IMG/VR virus record: IMGVR_UViG_3300021446_000257
Coordinates: 1-63,535 of that record
Length of the DNA stretch: 63,535 bases
Strand: one strand, 5' to 3'
From: a virus
Lineage: Duplodnaviria > Caudoviricetes
Part shown: in pieces, positions 56,518-63,535 of the stretch
Position numbering within the stretch: position 1 is the first letter of the stretch
Layout: each line of letters opens with the position of its first letter
Translations under genes and position numbers: made by a program
Notes under the pieces: model-generated
Database searches by the model: none
What the model was told of the DNA's origin: nothing
What the model saw: only the letters and a program-made list of their open reading frames with translations

Positions 56518-57118
56518 CCCCCCGCGAACCCAACCCCCATGCGTAGAAGGTCGCGCCGCACTCACACGGAGTCCCACAGTCCGGACACGAACTCGGTTCG
56601 TCGAAGTGCTCGCTGTAGTAGTTCGGCACCGTCTTCAAACGGTCGAAGTCGAAGTGCTCGAACAGCGTTGAACTACCGTACCGTCCCTCTCGGACCCACG
56701 AGACGCCGAGCACCGCGTTCGCGCCCTGCCGGCGCGCCCACTTGAACCGGGCCTTGAAAATGCGCTTGCCCAATCCGCGCCCTTGGTAGTTGGACGCGAC
56801 ACAACCGACATGCATGACAGCGCAGTCGTTCGGCAGGTCCCGCTCTATCAGGCCGCGGAAGTAGCCATCGGTCCACTCTCGGGAGCCAATGGCGGCGAGG
56901 CCAAACCCGACCAGCTCATCGGCGGCGAGGTCCTCGGCAACCACCCCCCAGACATCCTGACGATCGGTGTCCGTTGCGTCTTCGATCCACTCCACCGCGG
57001 CGTCGTCCGCTTCAAGGCCGAACTCGCGGTCCCAAATCCGGAGCGCCGCCCGTGTGTCGTCCGCCTCTATATCGCGGAGGATGGGCTTTGCGGTGGTGTT
57101 GAAGGTTTTAGTCGGCAT
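56501..57118 (-). CDS. GNAT acetyltransferase with C-terminal Cys cluster
   Basis: V...YQGRGLGK acetyl-CoA motif, F...F.F; CPDCG.PCECG. Confidence 0.85.
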   Translation of the reverse strand: MPTKTFNTTAKPILRDIEADDTRAALRIWDREFGLEADDAAVEWIEDATDTDRQDVWGVVAEDLAADELVGFGLAAIGSREWTDGYFRGLIERDLPNDCAVMHVGCVASNYQGRGLGKRIFKARFKWARRQGANAVLGVSWVREGRYGSSTLFEHFDFDRLKTVPNYYSEHFDEPSSCPDCGTPCECGATFYAWGLGSRGDAGAD

Positions 57119-57124
57119 CGTCGT

Positions 57125-57319
57125 TCACCGTCCACCACCGATCCGCCCCGACCGCGTCCCGCGCGACGCCGTAGAGTGCTCACCGCCGCCGTAGGCCGCC
57201 GGGTCCGAAATGTGGCTGCCGCCGCAGTCGGGACACGCCCGGCCCTCGCCGTCGACCGCGAGCACGCGATAATAGCGATGGGAGACGACCGCGCCGCAGT
57301 TTTCGCACTGGTGGCTCAT
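57125..57319 (-). CDS. Zn-finger microprotein
   Basis: CENCG.VVS.RY.RV...ACPDC. Confidence 0.75.
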   Translation of the reverse strand: MSHQCENCGAVVSHRYYRVLAVDGEGRACPDCGGSHISDPAAYGGGEHSTASRGTRSGRIGGGR

Positions 57320-57858
57320 CGGCCACAATCACCTCCCAGCGTGTGGTTTTGTCCTGCAACAAACGGCGTCTCGTCGACAGGTTTTAGATAAACCAGCCGT
57401 ATTTCACTGGCCTCGTCAAAAAACTCGCCAAACTCAGCAGTGTCGAAACCTTCCGTCGGAGCAGTGTCAACTTGAATCTCTCCGTTATTGTCGCGGTAAC
57501 GGCGGAGATGACGAGCCTGTACCGCTCCGTCAACGACGCGGAACCATCCACGTCCGCCGATAGTCATCGGTTTTCCATCGGCCACGAGCGCACCGTCTGC
57601 AGCTTCAAGGATGGCCCATAGCTCATCCGCGTCGTCGTAGTGGTAGTGTGCTCCTTTCTCGCGGGCGCGCTCACTCTTGTAGCAGCCGAAGCACCAATAG
57701 CGTTCATCCGCGCCGGGATCCACCTCTTCGTTCGGCCCAGCAATCTGTCTATCCGAGATATTATCGCTCCGAACATCGGAGAGTCGGCCGTACACGACGC
57801 GGTAGGCAGGGTCATCATCCTCAATAGTGACCCCGCAGTGGCGGCACTCGTCGCTCAT
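57316..57858 (-). CDS. Hypothetical Zn-binding protein
   Basis: CRHCG...CFGC. Confidence 0.68.
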   Translation of the reverse strand: MSDECRHCGVTIEDDDPAYRVVYGRLSDVRSDNISDRQIAGPNEEVDPGADERYWCFGCYKSERAREKGAHYHYDDADELWAILEAADGALVADGKPMTIGGRGWFRVVDGAVQARHLRRYRDNNGEIQVDTAPTEGFDTAEFGEFFDEASEIRLVYLKPVDETPFVAGQNHTLGGDCGR

Positions 57859-58625
57859 CCGTCGGCCTCCAGTTCGTCAAATTCTGCTTCGACGGCCTCA
57901 AGTCGCTGCTCTAGCTCGTCGAGTGCTGCTTCAACGGCCGTGAGTCGCTGCTCCGTCTCGGCGAGTCGGACCGTGGCCGCACAGCCGGGACAGTCCGGCA
58001 GGTCGTCGTCGCGGCGCGGGCCGTGCTCGTCGCAAGTCCGGGTTCGGTGGGTCACGAGAACCACCTCGGTCCGGCCGGCTCGTCGCCCGGGTTTTTGATC
58101 CACGGCCCCGAGGATGTCATTCATCTGACCCAGCGTATTGAATACGCCGACGCTCACTCGTTCGTAATCGAGTGCCATCGGCATACAGGTCGTCGTATAG
58201 CCGAACTGGATCACGCGACCGCCGGGGGCCAGCAGCTCGTGGAACTGCCGTTTCGCGAGCGCGGTGTCGCCCACCGCTCGGCCCTCATAGGACCGGCTCG
58301 CTTGGTACGACGAAAACGGCGGGTCGTAAACCACGGTGTCGAACGTCTTGTCCTCGAGCTCGTCGGCGATCTCGCACACGTCGATATGGTGGTGGGCGTC
58401 GCGCTGCTCGTCGACGTCGTTGCGAACGATCTCGTGGTCATGGGTGAGCTTGGTCTTGCCGGCGCAGGCGTTGAGCGTCCGGCCACGAAGTCGCTGCTCG
58501 ACCCACCGGCGGATCTTCGTGCTCTCGAACGTCCACCGGTTCGGCGCGACCGTCTGATAGGAGATCTCGAGATCGTCCCAGCCGTCGTCGCGTGTCGAGT
58601 CCACGGCGTCGTTGAGCGTGCCCAT
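57855..58625 (-). CDS. DNA amino-methyltransferase with appended Zn/coiled-coil tail
   Basis: LNACAG (motif I-like), VYDPPF (motif IV), LAPGGRVI. Confidence 0.8.
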   Translation of the reverse strand: MGTLNDAVDSTRDDGWDDLEISYQTVAPNRWTFESTKIRRWVEQRLRGRTLNACAGKTKLTHDHEIVRNDVDEQRDAHHHIDVCEIADELEDKTFDTVVYDPPFSSYQASRSYEGRAVGDTALAKRQFHELLAPGGRVIQFGYTTTCMPMALDYERVSVGVFNTLGQMNDILGAVDQKPGRRAGRTEVVLVTHRTRTCDEHGPRRDDDLPDCPGCAATVRLAETEQRLTAVEAALDELEQRLEAVEAEFDELEADG

Positions 58626-59023
58626 TATCGACGACCTCCGTCGGTCGCCGCGTCGGCTTCGGCTACCCACCGTAAATTTTCGTTCGCGTCACGGACGGCC
58701 GTCAAGATCGTCAGCAATTCCCGAGCGCGGAGGGGGTTGCCGTCGTGGCTCTCACGGCCGAACCCGCGATACCCGGCGTCGTTCATGAGCAGGCGGAGTC
58801 GGAACCGGGCGGTTTTCTTTAACGTCTGCTCGCCGAGTTTGCGGTTGAGGTCGAACGCCTCGCACAGGTGGTTGTGGATCGTGATGAGTTCGGGTTTCGT
58901 GAACTCGCGTTCGGGCGTCTTTACACCGTAGCCGTCGGCAAAGGCCGAGTCGTCGGACGTTTCGTATTCTATGCCATCAACCTCATCGGCAATGCTGCCG
59001 CGTGTGGTGTGCTTACTCGGCAT
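58625..59023 (-). CDS. Hypothetical protein flanked by 29-bp direct repeats
   Basis: Start MPSKHT; ends AEADAATDGGRR. Confidence 0.65.
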   Translation of the reverse strand: MPSKHTTRGSIADEVDGIEYETSDDSAFADGYGVKTPEREFTKPELITIHNHLCEAFDLNRKLGEQTLKKTARFRLRLLMNDAGYRGFGRESHDGNPLRARELLTILTAVRDANENLRWVAEADAATDGGRR

Positions 59024-59057
59024 CGTGGCCTCCGTCGGTCGCCGCGTCGGCTTCGGC
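58635..59057. repeat. Perfect 29-bp direct repeat pair (58635-58663 and 59029-59057)
   Basis: CCTCCGTCGGTCGCCGCGTCGGCTTCGGC twice; encodes AEADAATDG(G). Confidence 0.92.
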
Positions 59058-59171
59058 CAATCCGTCAACGCACGGCAGGCAGGCCTCCACGAACTCGGAG
59101 TGGTCGATGCGTGTGACGCGTGTCTCTCGGCCACACCGTGAGCAAATCCCCTCATACCAGCTATCGGACAT
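59013..59171 (-). CDS. Zn-finger microprotein (52 aa, not in ORF track)
   Basis: MSDSWYEGICSRCG...ACLPC..AEADAATDGG. Confidence 0.68.
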   Translation of the reverse strand: MSDSWYEGICSRCGRETRVTRIDHSEFVEACLPCVDGLAEADAATDGGHDAE

Positions 59172-59786
59172 TTATACCCCCTGCGCGCTCTCAATGACGC
59201 GCTCGGACTGGCGGGCGGCCTCTTTCCACCCGTACGATTTCTCGTAGACGTGACGTTTCGAACGCAGGAGTTCGTCGATCGAACCCTCCTCCCAGTTGCC
59301 CCGACTCCATGCGCCAGTGTCGCGGAGCCAGTCGGCAACGCGCTCGGTGGTTTCCTCCCACGAGAAGTCACGCCACTCGTGCCACGAGATGACGCTGATA
59401 ATGGCGTCGTCTTTGCACCCGTCCACCGGCCCGCGCTCCCAGACTGTGCTGATATAGCGCTGCGTCGGGACGAGCTGCTCGCGGTACTCGTCCGGAGTGC
59501 GGAGATAGAGCACCTCCTCAGTCTCGCCGTCGTCGGTTTCACGTTGCTGGGTCGTGATGCGGCCTTCTTTCCGGTAGAGCCCGAGCACATCGTCGTGGAC
59601 CTGCGACCACCCGTTCGGCGCTTCGACAACGAGTTCGTCTTCGGTGTGACGTGCTATCGAGAGCGACGAGATGATGTCGACATGGGCCTCCTCGATCACC
59701 CCGTCGTTGAGGCTCTCGTACCGGCAGCCGTGATCGTGGATCGCGTTCTTCGTCCGGCAGCGCGGGCAGCGGTAGCCGTGTCCCAT
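59172..59786 (-). CDS. Replication-associated protein (Zn finger plus primase-C-terminal-like helical domain)
   Basis: CPRC...H..GC; C-terminal SWEET...V..WL..TG.W.R; directly after the RepH-like gene. Confidence 0.6.
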   Translation of the reverse strand: MGHGYRCPRCRTKNAIHDHGCRYESLNDGVIEEAHVDIISSLSIARHTEDELVVEAPNGWSQVHDDVLGLYRKEGRITTQQRETDDGETEEVLYLRTPDEYREQLVPTQRYISTVWERGPVDGCKDDAIISVISWHEWRDFSWEETTERVADWLRDTGAWSRGNWEEGSIDELLRSKRHVYEKSYGWKEAARQSERVIESAQGV

Positions 59787-62482
59787 CAGTCAGCAACACC
59801 CCGTTGGGCACTGGCAAGACCCGTTTGTAGCGGTGCTTCGCCGTAGCTCGTTGTGTGACACTCGCCCGGGTGGAGTGCGTCGTACTCGCCAGGTGGGAAC
59901 TCCGTTCCACTGAGTATCGCCGCGAGCCGCAGCCACGGCGTCAGCGCCGGGCACCGCTCTCGCAGTGTATTGAGGTCACGGATCTCGCTGCCGTGGTCGG
60001 CGATCACGTCCGGCGGCGCGAGGGCTTCGGTGAGGTCCTCCACCGTCCGAGCGAACCCGCCGATAGCAGGACCGTCGGCCCGCCGGTCGGGGTCAAGTGC
60101 CGCCGATCCGCGCTCACCACGTTCGTCGCGGGTCGGTAGCGAACACCGCCACTCGACGGGTTCGCCGGGACCGCCCTCGGTACGTTCGACGAGAGCGAGC
60201 GCTTCAAGGATGTCCGCGGTGTTTCGGACCGTCTGTGTCGAGACGCCCGCTCGATTCGCCAGTTCGGCCTGATTGAGGGTTTCGGTGGTGTTGAGCATGG
60301 TTTTCAGTAGCGAGCCAGCACTCCGGCTCGGTGCGTCCGCGAGCAATCGATCGGCCGGTGCGGTGGCGAGCGCCCGACGCACCTCGTCGAGGCGGATCGG
60401 ACGGGGCATGTCCGCCGGCTCCGCGCCGAGGTGGTTGAGCGCTCTCGCCGCGTCGAACACCGATCCCGTGCAGGTTGCGAACAGCCGGACGGCGATCTCA
60501 GTCGGGCGGGTGTTCTTGTGACCGCACATCCGCCGAACCACCGCCCGAGTCGCGTCAGTGTCGCGGTCAGTCCCGATCGAGAGCGGCACGTCAAACGCCG
60601 CGAAGTTCGTGCCGTCTTCTTGGAGCTCTCCGGGCGACCGAAGTGCGCTCTCCAGGCCAGGACCGTCCGCTGGGTCGAGGAGTTTCGTCACGCCGCGACC
60701 GGCGATGGTCCACGACCCGATGAACTCGCCGGACTCTTCGGTCGTTACTTGCGGTGCGCCAAGCGAGAACTCGCGCTTGTCAGTACGTGGTTCGTACAGC
60801 GTTCGCTCGGCGGTGTACGCACCATACGCCCCGGCGATCGCGCTCGTCTTCGCGATCGTTTTGAGGATCGAACGGCGGCGGCGGTGGTTCTCGCTCGTGT
60901 GCCAGTCCGCCGCGTACTCGGGGAGCTGAAGGTAGCGGACGAGATCGACGTCGCAGTAATCGAGCATCCGCGTCACGGTGCCGATGAGGCCGTGAGAATG
61001 CTGGACGATGCGCCGTGCCGTCTCGTCGGCATCGGCGTCCTCGCCCGCATCGCGCTGGTTGCGGTACTCGGTCGTCCACTCAAGGATCGCCTCGCGGGCA
61101 CCGAGCAACCGCTCGATGTAATCGGCGGCGGTCCGTTCGTCCTTCGAGCACCAGCCACCCTGCGAGCACCGTGTCCAGACCTCGGGGTCGGGCAACGCCC
61201 CGAGGTCGGCGTCCGCATTGAGGCGTTCGGGCGGGAGGACGTGCTCCCACATCTTCGGCCCTGCTAACGATCGTGCAGTGGACACCAACCACTGGAGGGG
61301 CGAGTGAAACTCCGCACCAGCCACCACCTCGTTGTGGTCAGCACGGTAGCTGAACAGCGGGGACTGATCAGCACCCTCGATCGGGTGCTCGGAGAGGGCA
61401 ATGTCGACCCCCTCAGCCGCCCCCGCAACCGCTGCATGGTCGGGGCGGCTCAGGTAGCGGGCGTCAGTCCACCCGCCCCGCTCCGCGCCGCCTCCGGCAC
61501 CGCCGGTCGGCGGTGCGGTCTCCCGTGACTGCGGTTCGGGGGTATACACGTTTTCGTCGGAGTCGTTTGGGGGGTCGCTAACGCACTCCTCAATCGACTG
61601 CTGTACCCCGATTTCAGTTTTGAGCGTTTCGAGCAAGTGACGACCGGCAGCGAGCAACTCGACCATCCGTCCGGCCGGGCCGTCGAACGCCGCCACGAGA
61701 TCGAGGTTGACAAGCGTGCCGATGCACTGCCGAACGCGCGAGTCCGAAACTTGCGCGTCGGCGGAGAGTGCGTGATAGGAGGCCGTCTCGCTGGCCTCGG
61801 TCGCGATCGTCCGCAGGATCGAGAGTTCACGGCCGTCGGGACCGAGCGCGGCTCGGGCAGTCTCGACGCGCGCCGTCACCTCGCCATCGGAGGGGCGTGC
61901 ATTGCACGGCGCGCTAACGGGCAACCGCTCGTGATACCGCTGGCGAACCCTCGCGGCGGTCGCCCGGCCACACACCACGCGCACGTCACAGGCTGCGGCG
62001 AGGTCGGCGAGCAGCCCCACGACGTCCTCGCGTTGATCGGCTCGGAGGTCGTCGAACCCACCGTCGAGCTCGACCGTCACCGTGGGCGTCCGATCGGCGG
62101 TATCGAGCACCGCGAGCGGTCCGTCGGCGAGCTCGTCAAGCGGCGCGTGCAATCCCACGGCGGAGCGCTCGGCCGCGCCGAACTCGCCGATGAGGCGGCG
62201 GGCCTGTGCTTGGCGCTCCTCGCGGATCGGGTCGGCGTCGGCCAGCCCCGCGACCGCCGACGCGAACAGCCCCTCCATCGCACTCACGCCATGCTCTTCA
62301 AGCGCGAGCGCCCGCCGGCCGGGCCGCAGGTCACCGACGAGGCTACGCACGGCCTTTTCGACCTCCTCGCGGAGTCCGGCGTCGGCGAGACGTTGCCAAA
62401 CGATGCTCGCGGGTGCATCGGCGGTGATCGTGGCGGTCGAGAGCCGCGGCTGTTGGGTGAGGGTGAGTCCTGGCGACGGCAT
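59786..62482 (-). CDS. repH: RepH-like haloarchaeal plasmid/virus replication protein
   Basis: 898 aa, two wHTH segments, LYEPR.DKR, G...GSW.I.G motifs resembling the haloarchaeal RepH family. Confidence 0.72.
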   Translation of the reverse strand: MPSPGLTLTQQPRLSTATITADAPASIVWQRLADAGLREEVEKAVRSLVGDLRPGRRALALEEHGVSAMEGLFASAVAGLADADPIREERQAQARRLIGEFGAAERSAVGLHAPLDELADGPLAVLDTADRTPTVTVELDGGFDDLRADQREDVVGLLADLAAACDVRVVCGRATAARVRQRYHERLPVSAPCNARPSDGEVTARVETARAALGPDGRELSILRTIATEASETASYHALSADAQVSDSRVRQCIGTLVNLDLVAAFDGPAGRMVELLAAGRHLLETLKTEIGVQQSIEECVSDPPNDSDENVYTPEPQSRETAPPTGGAGGGAERGGWTDARYLSRPDHAAVAGAAEGVDIALSEHPIEGADQSPLFSYRADHNEVVAGAEFHSPLQWLVSTARSLAGPKMWEHVLPPERLNADADLGALPDPEVWTRCSQGGWCSKDERTAADYIERLLGAREAILEWTTEYRNQRDAGEDADADETARRIVQHSHGLIGTVTRMLDYCDVDLVRYLQLPEYAADWHTSENHRRRRSILKTIAKTSAIAGAYGAYTAERTLYEPRTDKREFSLGAPQVTTEESGEFIGSWTIAGRGVTKLLDPADGPGLESALRSPGELQEDGTNFAAFDVPLSIGTDRDTDATRAVVRRMCGHKNTRPTEIAVRLFATCTGSVFDAARALNHLGAEPADMPRPIRLDEVRRALATAPADRLLADAPSRSAGSLLKTMLNTTETLNQAELANRAGVSTQTVRNTADILEALALVERTEGGPGEPVEWRCSLPTRDERGERGSAALDPDRRADGPAIGGFARTVEDLTEALAPPDVIADHGSEIRDLNTLRERCPALTPWLRLAAILSGTEFPPGEYDALHPGECHTTSYGEAPLQTGLASAQRGVAD

Positions 62483-62488
62483 GGACGA

Positions 62489-63292
62489 TCACACCAACCC
62501 CCGCTGCCCACCACCACCACTCCCCTCAGTATCTTCTCCATCCTCGCCTGCCCCGAGACCGTCGAACGATCGGACGGTTCGCGCCGAGGCGGCGAGTTGC
62601 TCTCCATCGCGACCAACGAACGGCTCGGGCTTGCCCGCCGCAACCGTCCGCTTCGGCCGCCCGGCGTTCATGTCCTGATAGAGGTGGATATACCACTCGC
62701 TGCCGAGCACGCCCACCTGCCTCTGAGTCGGCCCGTAAAGCGGCATCCAGATGTCACAGCTACCGCTCTCGGTGAGCATCGAGAACCACCCTTGCTGGGC
62801 GGTCAGAAACTCCGGCCGCGTCTCCGCAAGCGGCGCGTCGTCGAATACCGAGTCGTGGAACAACCAAAGCGTCCAGAACCCCTCGTCGGTGTTCTGTCGG
62901 GTGCGCTCCACCACGTCCTCGGCCCCGATCGGCTGCGTCTGCATCTCGACGACGAACTCGGAACCATCACAACGGAACCGAACATCGGGGTTCTTTCGGC
63001 CGGGCCGACAGTCCTCTTCGACGTCCTCGGCCCACTCAACCCCACGCAGGTCGGCGGCAATGTCGCGCGTTGCGACGGCGTGGTACTCGTCTTGAGTGCG
63101 GCGGTTGGGGTACTCATAGCAGGATTCGCCCGCATGTCGAAAGTGACGGACGTACTGCGTGAGCGACCCGCCGGCAAGCACCATCTCACCGTAGCACCGC
63201 GGGCACTCGAACTCCGGTGTGGCGGCCCGCTCGGGACAGTCGACGGCCGCGACTACGTTGCCGCCTTCGTCGAGTGCGAACTGCGGGCTCAC
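62489..63292 (-). CDS. CoiA-like PD-(D/E)xK nuclease
   Basis: FECPRC...RHFRH, PDV...VVEMQ, RT......G...LW. Confidence 0.78.
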   Translation of the reverse strand: MSPQFALDEGGNVVAAVDCPERAATPEFECPRCYGEMVLAGGSLTQYVRHFRHAGESCYEYPNRRTQDEYHAVATRDIAADLRGVEWAEDVEEDCRPGRKNPDVRFRCDGSEFVVEMQTQPIGAEDVVERTRQNTDEGFWTLWLFHDSVFDDAPLAETRPEFLTAQQGWFSMLTESGSCDIWMPLYGPTQRQVGVLGSEWYIHLYQDMNAGRPKRTVAAGKPEPFVGRDGEQLAASARTVRSFDGLGAGEDGEDTEGSGGGGQRGLV

Positions 63293-63417
63293 CGCTCCAC
63301 CTCCAGGATCGCCCCGCAGTTCGGACACTCCACTCGGGGCCGACCACGCAAGGGGACAGTCCGATGGTGACCACATTCACGACACCCGCCGGCCGCGGGC
63401 ACGTGACTGGCGGCCAT
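63289..63417 (-). CDS. Zn-finger microprotein (42 aa, not in ORF track)
   Basis: MAASHVPAAGGCRECG...ECPNCG; GTGA overlap with the CoiA-like gene. Confidence 0.62.
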   Translation of the reverse strand: MAASHVPAAGGCRECGHHRTVPLRGRPRVECPNCGAILEVER

Positions 63418-63480
63418 GTCAGGCCACCCCCTGTGCGGCACCGTCAGCACCGCCCCCGGCTTTGCACCTTACCCCCGCGG

Positions 63481-63495
63481 CCCTCCACCGGCTCT
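63481..63495 (+). repeat. Right att core CCCTCCACCGGCTCT
   Basis: Identical to 41-55. Confidence 0.92.
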
Positions 63496-63535
63496 TTCCG
63501 TTCGAGCAACGTGAGAACGAAAGAGCGACGTGGCG

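Larger units (their letters stand above)
41..63495. mobile_element. Complete haloarchaeal myovirus-like provirus (Caudoviricetes)
   Basis: att direct repeats at both ends, integrase, terminase-portal-capsid-sheath-tube-TMP-baseplate genes, replication genes. Confidence 0.93.

Noticed and set aside
50666-57200. CRISPR array or single repeat unit near the cas genes
   Set aside because: No regularly spaced repeats and no match by eye to the haloarchaeal GTTTCAGACGAACC...GTTGAAGC repeat. Short hits elsewhere (GCTTCAAC ~57928, GTCTGAAAC ~43881) lie within coding sequence. A degenerate single repeat cannot be excluded without a search.
449-63370. Many long antisense or alternate-frame ORFs (e.g. 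449-1585, 13474-14727, 38460-39776, 61637-63370)
   Set aside because: Arg/Pro-rich shadow ORFs expected in high-GC DNA; they overlap better-supported acidic proteins

Overview
The window is an apparently complete ~63.4 kb haloarchaeal tailed-virus provirus (high GC, acidic proteome, myovirus-type morphogenesis). It is integrated at the 3' end of a host tRNA-Thr(CGT) gene and bounded by a 15-bp direct repeat, CCCTCCACCGGCTCT (41-55 and 63481-63495). From left to right it carries: a tyrosine integrase; a mosaic accessory/regulatory arm (RHH regulators, two SWIM-finger paralogues, Orc1/Cdc6, HNH and LAGLIDADG nucleases, many Zn-finger microproteins); a minus-strand virion module (terminases, portal, HK97-type capsid, sheath, tube, tape measure, baseplate, fibres) interrupted by a ~6 kb cargo island; a viral tRNA-Gln(TTG); and a minus-strand early/replication operon (CoiA-like nuclease, RepH-like protein, MTase). 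The standout is a virus-borne class 1 CRISPR effector module in that operon: GNAT - csf1 - cas11 - csf2(cas7) - cas6 - csf3(cas5) - cysH-like. This is a type IV-B-like system with an extra Cas6 resembling haloarchaeal type I-B Cas6, and I could find no CRISPR array or cas1/cas2. All product calls come from motifs and gene order read by eye; no database searches were run.
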